Assembly: GCA_045863295.1 (NCBI GenBank)
Contig: BTWA01000009.1
Span: 32,001-96,000, forward strand
DNA from: Candidatus Hydrogenedentota bacterium
Lineage (GTDB): Bacteria; Hydrogenedentota; Hydrogenedentia; Hydrogenedentales; SLHB01
Length of the DNA stretch: 64,000 nucleotides
Direction of reading: 5' to 3'
Part shown: positions 1 through 10,667 of the stretch, one piece after another
Position numbering within the stretch: position 1 is the first letter of the stretch
Layout of the letters: every line of letters begins with the position of its first letter
The notes under the pieces: model-generated
Databases searched by the model: none
What the model was told of the DNA's origin: nothing
The model's input: only the letters and a program-made list of their open reading frames with translations
Translations under genes and position numbers: made by a program

Positions 1-188
1 ATCGCATCCGTGCCCGAGGCTACTCCCAGGCAATGCGCGGCGCCAACATACTCGGCAAATTCCCGTTCGAATGCCTTCAGTTCTTCACCCAAAATGTACC
101 AACCGCTGGTCAATACCCGTTCCACGGCGTCGCGAATCTCGTGTTCCATCGAGGCAAACTGATTCTTGAGTTGGAAGAAGGGAATCAT
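1..188 (-). CDS. DegT/DnrJ/EryC1/StrS family aminotransferase, N-terminal part (runs off the window start)
   Basis: Manual translation from ATG at 188 gives MIPFFQLKNQFASMEHEIRDAVERVLTSGWYILGEELKAFEREFAEYVGAAHCLGVASGTDA, with the typical SGWYILG and SGTDA motifs. ATGA overlap with the GT2 stop. Not in the ORF track. Confidence 0.9.
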   Translation of the reverse strand, partial: MIPFFQLKNQFASMEHEIRDAVERVLTSGWYILGEELKAFEREFAEYVGAAHCLGVASGTDA

Positions 189-973
189 GGCGGCCCATCC
201 TCCGGCTTTCCTGCCGGACGCAACGGTTTTGACCGGCCGCCACACCAATAAAAGAGAAACACATCGCGATACCACAAAGCCGTCAGATGGCGCGCAATCC
301 GAAACAAGCGCGGAAAATTAAAGAATTGCGATTTTCCGTGCGCCCGTTCGAAATGATGGACCGGAACTTCCACGATTCGAAAGCCTTCCCGCTGAATCTT
401 CGTCATCATCTCCGCGCAGATGGTCCCATCAGGACTAGTCAATTCGATCGTATCGAAAATGGATCGACGCAGGAGACGGAAGTCGCAGTCGGTATCTCGA
501 ATCTTCAAGCCAAAGGCGATTCGGATAATCCAATGGTAAATGCGCCCAATGACGATTCGGTGAAGCGGATCGTGTCTCTGAATCTTGTATCCTTGTACGA
601 CATCCACATCCGGACCGGCGTGTCGAACGAGTTCAGTTAATTCGCGCACGTCGTATTGAGCGTCCCCGTCCGTGTAAAATATCCATTCCTTCTTGGCCGT
701 TGCGAATCCCGTTCGCAGGGCACATCCATATCCCCGGTTAACCCCGTGATGGACAATAATGGTGTCTGGTAGAACAGACTTTATTTCGTCAAGAATCGCC
801 TGTGTGTGTTCACCACTTCCATCGTCCACAACGATGATTTCGTAATCCAATCCCATTTGTTGCACGGTCTTCTTGGTAAGCAATACCATGCTTCCGATGG
901 TGCCCCAGTCGTGATAGCACGGATAGAAGATGCTCACTGAAAGTGGGTGACCCAACCCATTAGCGGATGTCAT
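185..973 (-). CDS. GT2 glycosyltransferase, polyprenol-phosphate glycosyltransferase (DPM1/ArnC-like)
   Basis: Motifs EIIVVDDGS, NRGYGCALRTG, FYTDGDAQYD and IRDTDCDFRL. Start placed at ATG 973; the ORF is open from 988. Confidence 0.9.
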   Translation of the reverse strand: MTSANGLGHPLSVSIFYPCYHDWGTIGSMVLLTKKTVQQMGLDYEIIVVDDGSGEHTQAILDEIKSVLPDTIIVHHGVNRGYGCALRTGFATAKKEWIFYTDGDAQYDVRELTELVRHAGPDVDVVQGYKIQRHDPLHRIVIGRIYHWIIRIAFGLKIRDTDCDFRLLRRSIFDTIELTSPDGTICAEMMTKIQREGFRIVEVPVHHFERAHGKSQFFNFPRLFRIARHLTALWYRDVFLFYWCGGRSKPLRPAGKPEDGPP

Positions 974-2645
974 TGAAATACACCCCATATTCGCCGATCA
1001 TCCGATCCGGTGGACGATGATTCGTAAACGTCGACACTTGATGGGGGGCAACCAAGACAACAGCGGCGTCATCAAGCGAGTCAGGAGAATCGGGAACACG
1101 AGACACAGGCCGGTCTGCGAAAAAATTCGCAATGCGGGGAATCGTGTAATAGGTGGAAGCTACGTGGGTGCCAGTATCCAGCTCTCGGAGGAAATCAGCC
1201 ATTGCCCGATCGGATTTCATGTCGTCGGCCTGAATTGTCGCCGACAAAGGCCCGGCCACAGCCTGCACCATCCCGGCGAGGGTTAGCCCAATAACTCCGA
1301 GGCCAGCCAAACCCAAGCCCGGCCGTCGGCGAAATTCAAGTACCATCCCGGCCATTCGTACCATGAGAGGTGCGATAAATACCGTCCCAAGTGCAAACGC
1401 GTACCACACATACCGGATGATCTGTCCGGGTGTGAACAAGAGAAACCAAGCCAGCACGAAAACGATGGTCAGCCAAAGGGCCAACGACACCGGGTCACAA
1501 CTCCTGGATCCCGTTCGTGGAATCGCATAGGCCAACGCGACCCCAAGCACCACGCACGGCAATACCCAATCCACCAAGTTCGCGAGCCCTATCCGAATAC
1601 CCGCAGGACCGATCAGGAGATAGTGCATGTAGAAACTTCCCATTCCCGTGGCAGATCCGCTGCCCGAGTCCGCGAATACGAATTGGCAAACCTGCCACAA
1701 AACGATCGGAACTGCTGCCCCCAACACGATTCCCGCCGTGCTGACCAAGGAAGAAAGCCGACGTGCCTGCCAATCGTACAGAAGAGCCCAAACCAAGGGA
1801 AAGAGCAGCACGATCAGGAAATATTTTGCCAGGACAGCGAGGCCGAAAAATAGGCCTGCCATTATCCCGTATGCTAACCGGGCCGGTCGTAGCGCATGTC
1901 GTCCGCGTTGCATCACAATGCACCCGCACAAAAGATACATGGCCGCGGGAACTTCACCGTACAACGTCCGGCCAAGATACAAACTCCCTACTGCGGAAAT
2001 CGAAAGGAGAACCGCAATCAGCCCTGTCCAAGGGGTATACATCGATCGAACCAGCAGATAAAGCGCCAGACACATACCCACAAAGCTGACGGCAATGACT
2101 CCCCGCGCCGTTTCCAATCGTGCGCCGAACATGACAAATCCGGCGGCGACCGGGACGATTACCGACGGCCCCACGGAATCATAGGGATCGAATCGGACAA
2201 ACCCTTGCTCCGGCCGTCCCGATGCATATACGCCGTACTCGGCAAGATTTCGCGATACTATCAAGTGGTGCAGTTCGTCCGGTTCGGCGCGAGGGTATCG
2301 GTCAAGGCCCTGAAAAGCCGCGAATCCAAGTAGAAGTACGGCCGCCAGCACACCTACGTCGGCCATTTGAAACGGTTTGCGTACCCCAGTCTCTTCTGGA
2401 TGGGAGGCACGTTCAGGTGAAAGGCGCGAAAGCAGAGCCAAGCAGACAAACGACACGCCTCCAAAAACGGCGAATCGCAACCCCAATTTCCAATTGGCTA
2501 TCCCGGGTACGTCTCCGTGCAGCAACTCGAAAAGAAATACCACGGCCGCACCCGCGGCAGCGAAGGAGGCCACCATACCGGCGGCAACCAACAAAACCCT
2601 GGGGTACGGCCCACGTACCCCTACGTCAGCTTGGACACCCGTCAT
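960..2645 (-). CDS. GT-C fold membrane glycosyltransferase (ArnT/PMT-like)
   Basis: Many TM segments, PDE motif after the third TM, LYGEVP and GLAVLAKY motifs; adjacent to GT2. No clear SD seen. Confidence 0.75.
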   Translation of the reverse strand: MTGVQADVGVRGPYPRVLLVAAGMVASFAAAGAAVVFLFELLHGDVPGIANWKLGLRFAVFGGVSFVCLALLSRLSPERASHPEETGVRKPFQMADVGVLAAVLLLGFAAFQGLDRYPRAEPDELHHLIVSRNLAEYGVYASGRPEQGFVRFDPYDSVGPSVIVPVAAGFVMFGARLETARGVIAVSFVGMCLALYLLVRSMYTPWTGLIAVLLSISAVGSLYLGRTLYGEVPAAMYLLCGCIVMQRGRHALRPARLAYGIMAGLFFGLAVLAKYFLIVLLFPLVWALLYDWQARRLSSLVSTAGIVLGAAVPIVLWQVCQFVFADSGSGSATGMGSFYMHYLLIGPAGIRIGLANLVDWVLPCVVLGVALAYAIPRTGSRSCDPVSLALWLTIVFVLAWFLLFTPGQIIRYVWYAFALGTVFIAPLMVRMAGMVLEFRRRPGLGLAGLGVIGLTLAGMVQAVAGPLSATIQADDMKSDRAMADFLRELDTGTHVASTYYTIPRIANFFADRPVSRVPDSPDSLDDAAVVLVAPHQVSTFTNHRPPDRMIGEYGVYFNDIR

Positions 2646-3085
2646 AGCGAGGAGGTATGCAAGTAAGTTGAAACCTCATGTCGTAACTGCTTGGAACGAA
2701 TGAGACTATATCAGCAAGACTTTCCTGGAAGAAACGATTTGCCCATTCTGCTTGGATTGGACCGCATTTTGGTGGATGCCGCTGCTCAATGGTGCGGGTC
2801 AATCCCGAAAACCCGGTAGATGCCTGTATCCAGTCTGCTTGGCCATAGGTTTGCGCATAATTCTCTACACACAGTAGAATCGCAGGTGCTTGGCAATGCC
2901 CTCGGGGCAAGGCCGTGGCGCGTCGTCCGGACTTGTGGAATACAGGCCGCACCAATAGCCACTGGCGCGTTGTCCAAGTGTGAATGCGAAGATCCATAAA
3001 GGCAACAGCGATTCTCCCCCTGAGGAAAAAATGACAATGGCTCCCCAGGCAATTGCATGTCGTAACAAAGGGGAGATGGATTCTT

Positions 3086-6000
3086 ATGAGTGAAGACACA
3101 ACTCCTGGGAAAACGCACCGCAAGTCGCGGGCGCTGATAATCGGTTGTGTTGCACTGGCCCTGCTGGCGGCGGGTACCTATTACATTCAGCACGAGGCAA
3201 TACGCATTCGCAATGAAAAGCAACTGGAACTCGAGGTCATAGCCTCCCTCGCTGCCAGACACATCACCGAGTGGCGGAAAGAGAAAAACGCCGACGGTCA
3301 TCGCATATTGGAAGGCATTCTGATAAAGCAATACATTCGCGATTACATGGCCGATCCCGCGTCAGAGTCCGCATCCGAACTATTGCGCAGCCGATTGGCC
3401 CTCGAACTCGAAGACGACGAGTTTGACGCATATGTGACGAATCTCAATGCGGAACCGGTGTTCTCTGCGTCGGGTTCGTTTGACGCGCTTCAACCCACAA
3501 CGAAGTCTGCCGTACTGGAAGCTATTCGGTCCCAAGCGCCGCTTCTCTCGGACTTTTACATCTCCCAATCCAATCGTGCGTGTGTGGACCTTGTTATTCC
3601 GATTCTGTCCGGTGACGGTGAGCCCATGGCCTGCGTGATTCTCCAAAGCGACTTGGGTCACAGTCTGTTTCCATTCCTGGAACTCTGGAGCGAGATGAGC
3701 GATACCGGCGAGTGCCTGTTGGTCCGAAAAGACGGCGACTATGTTGTCTTTATCAGTCCAATGCGGTATGTGTCCAGTCCCGCCACGATGATTCGCAGAC
3801 CACTTACTCAAACGGACCTGCCCGCGGTCGAAGCCGTGCTCGGACATACCGGGTTTTTTGAGGGAAAGGACTATCGCGGCGAAGACGTGATAGCCAATTT
3901 GAAGCACATACCGGGCTCTACGTGGCATCTGGTCACCAAAACTGATGCCTCGGAAGTCACCCATGAAATTGCGAGGCGCGCGGTATTCGTTGTCGGATTC
4001 GGCGTTCTCATTTTCCTCTTGGCGACGGCATGGACTTCGCACCTATTTCGACGCCGCCAATCCAAGATATATAGGGACCTGTATATCAGCGAACGAAGGG
4101 CCCGTGTCGCACAAAGCGAATTTCGATCGACGTTCTTAAGCATCGCCGATGCCGTCTTCACCATCAATGCCGAAGGCCTCGTCCAACAAATGAATCCGGC
4201 CGCGGAGCGGTTGACCGGGTGGCGCCTCGAGGAGATACACGGAAAGCGCCTCGACAACGTCATCGCCATTTTGGACGAAGATACCCGCTCACCTCTGCCG
4301 AGCCCAGTGTTCCACGTTCTCCAAGTAGTAAAGCCCAGCGTGGCCGAGCGGGCGATTTTGATTACGCGCCAAGGGATCGAATTGCCCGTTGCCCGCACGG
4401 CATCGCCCATCAAAACGGAAGACGGTGTCGCCTCGGGCGTCGTGTTAAACCTGCGCGATCAATCCTCCACCCGGGCAGCCGAAAACGCCTTGCGCATGAG
4501 CGAGGCCCGGTTTCGCACGTCGCTCGATGCCATGCTCGAAGGCTGTCAGCTAATCGGCTCCGACTGGCGCTATATCTACGTAAACGATGTGGCCGTCGTT
4601 CAGAACCGGCAGCCTCGCGATCAACTGATTGGGCGCACCGTGCACGAATGTTTTCCCGGCATCGAACACACCGTTGTTTACGCCAAGATGCAGCAATGCA
4701 TGGAGGAACGCACGGCGCACAATTTGGAAACCGAGTTCGAGTTTCCGGACGGGCAAAAAGGGTGGTTCGACGTGTGTATCCAACCCGTGCCGGAAGGCAT
4801 TTTTGTACTTTCGCTCGATATCTCCCGCCGCAAGCGCGCAGAGCAAAGGCAAAAACTGTGGGCCGATGCGTTTGCACACAGCGCCCAGGGTATCGCCATC
4901 GGCGATCCCGGCACCGGCACGTTGCTGTCCTGCAATCCGGCATTCGCAAACCTGCGAAACATGACCGTTGAGCAGTTGACAGGATACAAGATCCTGGACC
5001 TGTATCCGGAAGAAGAAAGAGAGAGCATAGTGGACCATATTGCGGAGTGCGATCGCTCTGGGTATGTCCGCTTCGAAGTCCGGACCAAAACCCACGACGG
5101 AATTGCCAGGGTCCTCCAGATGGAACTTGTCAGTGTGCGCGATGAAGAAGGAAAGCTGCTCTACCGCGTGGCCACCGCCCTGGACATTTCTCCGCTTATC
5201 CGGGCTCAGGAATTACTTCGGTCCAATCAAGCCATGCTCCGCCAAATCCTGGATACGATTCCCCAGTCCGTGTTCTGGAAGGATCTCGAAGGCCGCTATC
5301 TCGGCTGCAATAAAGTGTTCGCCGCCGCCGCCGGCGCAGACAATCCGGACTGGCTAATCGGCAAGAACGATTTCGACATGCCATGGTCCAAAGAGGAATC
5401 GGAAGCCTACCGCGCGGACGATCAGGCCGTAATTGAGAGCGGTCAGGCGAAGTGGCACATCATCGAACACATCCAACGCGCCGACGGTGTTCAGATTTGG
5501 GCCGATACATCCAAACTTCCGCTGCGTGACGAGAACGGCCAAATCTACGGCGTATTGGGTGTGTTCGAAGACATCACCGATCGACTCCGCGACCAACAGG
5601 CCCTGCGCGAAAGCGAAGAACGGTTTCGAACCGCATTCGAAAACATCCCCGACGTTATTGTCATCTACAATCAGGACCTTCGCATAACGTACATTAATGC
5701 CGCCACTTTATTGGTAACCGGCCGGCCCGCAAGCGACTACATAGGCAAAAGAGACGAGGAGATATGGCCGCCGGAGGTATACGAACTGTACTTGCCCACG
5801 CTACGCGCCGCAGTCTCAGAGAGAGCCATCCAGCATGTGGAAGTTGCGCTCGATCTGCCGGTTACAGGCAAACGCTATCTGCACATTACGTGCGTACCGA
5901 TATTCGACGCAAAGGGTCGCGTGAACGAAGTCCTCACGATCACGCACGACTATACCGCGCGGCAAAAGGCGATGGAACAAAACGAGAAGCTGGAAGCCCA

Positions 6001-7141
6001 GTTTCAACAAGCGCAGAAAATGGAAGCCGTCGGGCGGCTCGCCGGAGGCGTCGCGCATGATTTCAATAACATGCTTGCCGTAATTACGGGCAATGCCGGC
6101 ATGGCGCTGGACTCGCTCGATCCAGACGACCCGTTGTATGCGGACCTGCAGGAAATCATGCTCGCCAGCCAGCGATCGGCGGAACTCACGAGACAGCTCC
6201 TCGCATTTGCCCGCAAACAAACCGTGGTCCCCAAAGTGCTGCAAATAAACGAGACGATCGAAGGCATGCTGAAGATGCTTTCGCGTCTGATCGGCGAAAA
6301 TATCGAGTTGACCTTCAAACCCTCGGTCCAGCCACTCCAGGTTCGCATGGATCCCAGTCAAATCGGCCAGATACTTGCCAATCTCGTGGTCAACGCGCGG
6401 GATGCCATACACGACGTGGGGGAAATTCAACTCGAAACAGCCGCCACACGAATCGACGGCGACTACAGCACAACACATGCGGATTTCTCCCCCGGCGATT
6501 ATGTGTCGATTACGGTAAGCGACAACGGGTGCGGCATGAGCAAGGAAACACAGTCGAGACTATTTGAACCGTTTTTCACGACAAAACCCCAGGGGGAAGG
6601 TACCGGCCTGGGATTGGCGACCGTGTACGGAATTGTCCGGCAGAACAATGGATTTGTAAACGTATACAGCGAACCCGGATCAGGTAGTTCGTTCCGCATT
6701 TACCTGCCCCTCCATGTGACCGGCATGGATTCGCAATCCGCGGTCAAGACGCCTACCGAACTGGCAACCGGATGCGAGACCGTTCTACTCGTGGAGGATG
6801 AGCCCGCGCTGCTCAAACTGAGCACGAGGATGTTGGAACAACTGGGGTATCGGGTTCTGCCGGCAGATTCGCCGATTCGAGCCGTGGAAATCGCCAAGGA
6901 AGACACAGAACGAATCGATCTGCTCGTAACCGATGTCATCATGCCTCAGATGAGCGGCCGCGATCTGTGGAAAATCATCAGCGAATTGAGCCCCCACACG
7001 CGTTGTTTATATACATCCGGCTACACGGCCGATGTCATCGCGCGCCAAGGCGTGTTGGACGAAGGAATACATTTCCTCCAAAAACCGTATTCGAAGGAAG
7101 AACTGGCTGTCAAGCTGCGTGAAGTCATCGCCAAACCCTGA
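3086..7141 (+). CDS. Membrane hybrid sensor histidine kinase: TM, periplasmic domain, TM, about five PAS domains, HisKA, HATPase, REC
   Basis: H-box AGGVAHDFNNML, N-box NLVVNARDA, DNGCGM, FEPFFTTK, GTGLGL, and C-terminal receiver (LLVEDE, LVTDVIMP, KPY). Start uncertain (3053 or 3086). Confidence 0.93.
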   Translation: MSEDTTPGKTHRKSRALIIGCVALALLAAGTYYIQHEAIRIRNEKQLELEVIASLAARHITEWRKEKNADGHRILEGILIKQYIRDYMADPASESASELLRSRLALELEDDEFDAYVTNLNAEPVFSASGSFDALQPTTKSAVLEAIRSQAPLLSDFYISQSNRACVDLVIPILSGDGEPMACVILQSDLGHSLFPFLELWSEMSDTGECLLVRKDGDYVVFISPMRYVSSPATMIRRPLTQTDLPAVEAVLGHTGFFEGKDYRGEDVIANLKHIPGSTWHLVTKTDASEVTHEIARRAVFVVGFGVLIFLLATAWTSHLFRRRQSKIYRDLYISERRARVAQSEFRSTFLSIADAVFTINAEGLVQQMNPAAERLTGWRLEEIHGKRLDNVIAILDEDTRSPLPSPVFHVLQVVKPSVAERAILITRQGIELPVARTASPIKTEDGVASGVVLNLRDQSSTRAAENALRMSEARFRTSLDAMLEGCQLIGSDWRYIYVNDVAVVQNRQPRDQLIGRTVHECFPGIEHTVVYAKMQQCMEERTAHNLETEFEFPDGQKGWFDVCIQPVPEGIFVLSLDISRRKRAEQRQKLWADAFAHSAQGIAIGDPGTGTLLSCNPAFANLRNMTVEQLTGYKILDLYPEEERESIVDHIAECDRSGYVRFEVRTKTHDGIARVLQMELVSVRDEEGKLLYRVATALDISPLIRAQELLRSNQAMLRQILDTIPQSVFWKDLEGRYLGCNKVFAAAAGADNPDWLIGKNDFDMPWSKEESEAYRADDQAVIESGQAKWHIIEHIQRADGVQIWADTSKLPLRDENGQIYGVLGVFEDITDRLRDQQALRESEERFRTAFENIPDVIVIYNQDLRITYINAATLLVTGRPASDYIGKRDEEIWPPEVYELYLPTLRAAVSERAIQHVEVALDLPVTGKRYLHITCVPIFDAKGRVNEVLTITHDYTARQKAMEQNEKLEAQFQQAQKMEAVGRLAGGVAHDFNNMLAVITGNAGMALDSLDPDDPLYADLQEIMLASQRSAELTRQLLAFARKQTVVPKVLQINETIEGMLKMLSRLIGENIELTFKPSVQPLQVRMDPSQIGQILANLVVNARDAIHDVGEIQLETAATRIDGDYSTTHADFSPGDYVSITVSDNGCGMSKETQSRLFEPFFTTKPQGEGTGLGLATVYGIVRQNNGFVNVYSEPGSGSSFRIYLPLHVTGMDSQSAVKTPTELATGCETVLLVEDEPALLKLSTRMLEQLGYRVLPADSPIRAVEIAKEDTERIDLLVTDVIMPQMSGRDLWKIISELSPHTRCLYTSGYTADVIARQGVLDEGIHFLQKPYSKEELAVKLREVIAKP

Positions 7142-7192
7142 TGCAGCCGCAATTCTTGCAGAGACTTTCGGTGACGCGTGAAACCTGAACAA

Positions 7193-8548
7193 TCAGTGTT
7201 TCGGCCGGTCGTGTTGCTGCACGCCCAGATTCGAACTGGATGCCGTTGCCCACTTGCTCGCAACAAATCGACACGCTTCTTCCGGGTTCGACACCCGCCC
7301 TTCCAATTGTGCGTCTTCCACGGCCGAAAGGATTTCTTTGAATAACGGTCCGGGTTTGAATCCCATGGCCATCAAATCCGCCCCAGAGATTAACGGCGCC
7401 GGCTTTACCTGCTCCAAGGGCAGGTGTTGCTTGTAGTCCTCGATCCAATCGATGGTGGATTCATCGCCGTGGCTGGCCCGGCAATCCGCCCGGCACAACG
7501 CCAGCAATTCGTCAAACCCGTCTTCCCGGATAAACCGTTTCCGCTTGCTTTCGCGCATGGAGGGAATGTGGGCTACGCGCATGTGTTGGCCCACCAACCA
7601 AGCAACGCGTTCCGTAGCTGAATTGGAGATCCGAAGCCGCCGGCAGATCGCCTCCGCCATGGCCGCGCCCACCTTGTCATGATTATTGAAGCGTATACGG
7701 TCTTCGAAGGTCATCGTGGGCGGCTTGCCCACATCGTGCAACAGGGATCCCAGCGCCAACGTGGGAGAGGGGGATTGAAGCTCGTCCAACATCATTAACG
7801 TATGAACGAACACGTCTCCTTCGGGATGAAACTCCGGCGGTTGTTGCACGCCCTTCATCGCCTCGATTTCCGGCAACACTTCATGCAACAGACCCGACCG
7901 ATCGAGCCACTCAAACGCGTGCCGAGGCCGGCCCTCGGTCAGCATCTTCAGGATTTCATCCCGTATCCGTTCCGCGCTGGTGGCGCGAATGGTGGGCGCC
8001 AGCCGCCGCATCGCCTCGAATGTCGGCCCATCAATGGCATAATCGAGTCGAGCTGCAAAACGCACCGCCCTCAACAAGCGCAACTTGTCCTCATCAAAAC
8101 GGTGCTCTGGATCGCCCACCGCACGAATCACGCGCCGTTCGATATCCTGTTGACCGCCCACGTAGTCCACTATGGTTTTGCCCAACGGATCGTAAAACAG
8201 CGCATTAACCGTGAAGTCGCGGCGCCGGGCGTCTTCCTCTTCGTCCGCGTAAGTCACAAACGCCGGATGTCTGCCGTCGAGATACGGACCGTCCTTTCGA
8301 AACGTCGCCACTTCAAACGACCCCGCCGGCAGTACGACGACTACGACACCAAACGCCGCGCCAACATTAATCGTTTTTTCAAACAGTCGCGCGATTTCGT
8401 CGGGGGGAGCAGAGGTGGCGATATCGTAGTCCTGGGCCGGTACCTTCAGGATCATGTCACGAACGCTGCCGCCCGCAAGAAGTGCGCGGTGCCCGGCGGC
8501 AGACAATCGCATGCAGATGTCCGTAGCTGCACGGAACCGGTCATCCAT
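7193..8548 (-). CDS. cca: CCA tRNA nucleotidyltransferase / poly(A) polymerase family with HD domain
   Basis: GGSVRD, DYDIAT, RRDFTVNAL, EDKLRLLRAVRF, ERIRDE, HPEGDVFVHT and LLHDVGK. Start at ATG 8548. Confidence 0.88.
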   Translation of the reverse strand: MDDRFRAATDICMRLSAAGHRALLAGGSVRDMILKVPAQDYDIATSAPPDEIARLFEKTINVGAAFGVVVVVLPAGSFEVATFRKDGPYLDGRHPAFVTYADEEEDARRRDFTVNALFYDPLGKTIVDYVGGQQDIERRVIRAVGDPEHRFDEDKLRLLRAVRFAARLDYAIDGPTFEAMRRLAPTIRATSAERIRDEILKMLTEGRPRHAFEWLDRSGLLHEVLPEIEAMKGVQQPPEFHPEGDVFVHTLMMLDELQSPSPTLALGSLLHDVGKPPTMTFEDRIRFNNHDKVGAAMAEAICRRLRISNSATERVAWLVGQHMRVAHIPSMRESKRKRFIREDGFDELLALCRADCRASHGDESTIDWIEDYKQHLPLEQVKPAPLISGADLMAMGFKPGPLFKEILSAVEDAQLEGRVSNPEEACRFVASKWATASSSNLGVQQHDRPKH

Positions 8549-10667
8549 GAACCGGAGGATCCTTGACCGGGCGCCCCGCGGGAACTCCCAAGCGGCGGCC
8601 AAACTGAAACCGGCGAATGGAAACAAGCACCGCCGCCGCGGACAGTCCCACCGCCAACGCGGTTAAACCAACCAATTGAAATACGAGCATGCCGTCCACC
8701 GCCTGCGGAGCGTTAACCGCGTACCAAATCAAGGTCAGCACGACTGACCCTTGCGCCATAAACGCGTAGACCCTGTCCTTGAACAGGATGCCCAATGTTC
8801 CCAATCCACACGCGATACCCAACCAGGCCAGTCCCATGTTTCGATCCGACACGTAGGCTTGGCTCGCATTCAAGGCGAATCCAAGCACAATGCCGACCGT
8901 TACCGTCCGCAATAGCGTGGCCCTGCGCGGTTTGGCACCGTGATCCTGACCGGCGGTATACCGCAACAGTCTCTCTGCCGCCACTAAACCGCCAATCAAT
9001 GCCACCGCATTAGCCACGGGATAAGCGCCCTCTGGAAGTCTGCTGCCTTGCCAGGCCGCTATCAGCAACACCAGCGTTCCCGCGGCGCGCAATACCGGCT
9101 CTTGCACCAACGTAGATGATCCGATGAGACAGCCACCCAGAATTAATATTCCCAGCGCGGAATAGTCCGGCGGCAATACTGCAACCAGCAATACTGAAAG
9201 CTGCACCGCCGCCGCGACAAAAGGCAACCCTGCTGTGGCTTCGTGTTCCCACAAAGATCCGCCTTGAAACCGGTTCAAGTACCGTTCCCACCGCCGCGCG
9301 GCAAAAAGTGTAAATGCCGCCATGGCGCACCCGAGCAGCAGCGTGTTTGGATCCATATCGGCAAGAGGAGTTCCGTTCAACAAGAAATAGTAGAAAGCGA
9401 CATGGCCAGCCATCAAAACCAGGACCGCGCCCGCTTCGATTTGCGGCGTGCGCAACAACCAGCCAACCGCACCCATGGGCAAGGCAACCAGGCAAAGCAT
9501 GTAGGGCAGCGCAGGCGAATCGCCGTTCTCGGAGATCACGACCAGGATCAGCATCAATGCACTCGCCGCGGCATGCAGCAGCGATACCACGTTGTTCGCG
9601 GGATCCCACATCGACTTGGATCGTTCATGGGTACGGCCAAACTGATCGTAAATCGCGGCAACTACGGCAAAAAGGGCCGGTACCGAGACGGCGATAAACC
9701 ATTCCGGCGGCACCCTTAGGGATCCCAACAGCACCGGTTCGGCATATCGCAACGCCCCAATGACGAAGTAGGAAGCGGTAACCGCAAGCCCCACCGAAAT
9801 GACCTTCAGATGATTCTCCGGTCGCATCCGGTACCACAGACTTACCAGTACGCTTTCCGCAGCCATGATGACAGGAACCCACATCGTCGGCGCCGCCAGC
9901 ACCAGCGCGAAATTGGCGGCCAGCACGCCTTTCATCCGAAACAGGGGACTAAGCGTGTTGCGGGCCTTAATCGGAGTATCGGCCAATCCCGCGAGCACGA
10001 ACAATCCCGCGGCAACCATGGCTACAAAAGGCCATTCGTCGCCGGGGTACCGGCGATGCACCGCGTGCCATGCCAGAACAAAGTAGAAGAACGACTGCGG
10101 CACGGCCACAAACACCAACCTCCTGCGGCCGCGAATGGTGTGCCGGACTTCCCACGCCATTGCCAGCGAGAACACGCTGTAGCTGAACGTAAGCAATCCG
10201 AAGGAAAACCAGAAATAGGCCGGCTCCGAGTAGGGCCATCGCAGTGGCTGGTCCCGCAGGTAGAACGCGTACGCCAGATAGATCGCAAGCGACGCAAGAG
10301 CGGGAAAGGTGAATCGCAAATGGATCACGTATGCTCCAAGGGCCAACAGAACAAGAATCGCGACTACAAGGAGCGGATAGGGGAGCGCTTTCTCCGCCAT
10401 ACTGTCGTTGAGTTGAACAACATCACTCCAGTTCTCGGCGGAAAAATCGATGGTCAGTGCCGCTGCCAGTCCCAGCACTATGGTCAACGTCACCAAGGCG
10501 CAACGGCTTAACCACGTGGGCCGCGACGAAACCAGATGGTCTCCCTCAATCGCGCGAACGGTCCGGCGCAAATGCTCGACTTCCGCCGTAAGCCGCGAGA
10601 CTTGCGATTCAAGATCCCGGGTGCGGTCGACGCCGCTGTCCCGATCCGTTTGCCGTGGTGCAATCAA
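8541..10667 (-). CDS. Polytopic membrane protein with a short N-terminal coiled coil (DUF2339-like)
   Basis: About 20 hydrophobic segments; overlaps both neighbours, suggesting translational coupling. Confidence 0.6.
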   Translation of the reverse strand: MIAPRQTDRDSGVDRTRDLESQVSRLTAEVEHLRRTVRAIEGDHLVSSRPTWLSRCALVTLTIVLGLAAALTIDFSAENWSDVVQLNDSMAEKALPYPLLVVAILVLLALGAYVIHLRFTFPALASLAIYLAYAFYLRDQPLRWPYSEPAYFWFSFGLLTFSYSVFSLAMAWEVRHTIRGRRRLVFVAVPQSFFYFVLAWHAVHRRYPGDEWPFVAMVAAGLFVLAGLADTPIKARNTLSPLFRMKGVLAANFALVLAAPTMWVPVIMAAESVLVSLWYRMRPENHLKVISVGLAVTASYFVIGALRYAEPVLLGSLRVPPEWFIAVSVPALFAVVAAIYDQFGRTHERSKSMWDPANNVVSLLHAAASALMLILVVISENGDSPALPYMLCLVALPMGAVGWLLRTPQIEAGAVLVLMAGHVAFYYFLLNGTPLADMDPNTLLLGCAMAAFTLFAARRWERYLNRFQGGSLWEHEATAGLPFVAAAVQLSVLLVAVLPPDYSALGILILGGCLIGSSTLVQEPVLRAAGTLVLLIAAWQGSRLPEGAYPVANAVALIGGLVAAERLLRYTAGQDHGAKPRRATLLRTVTVGIVLGFALNASQAYVSDRNMGLAWLGIACGLGTLGILFKDRVYAFMAQGSVVLTLIWYAVNAPQAVDGMLVFQLVGLTALAVGLSAAAVLVSIRRFQFGRRLGVPAGRPVKDPPVHG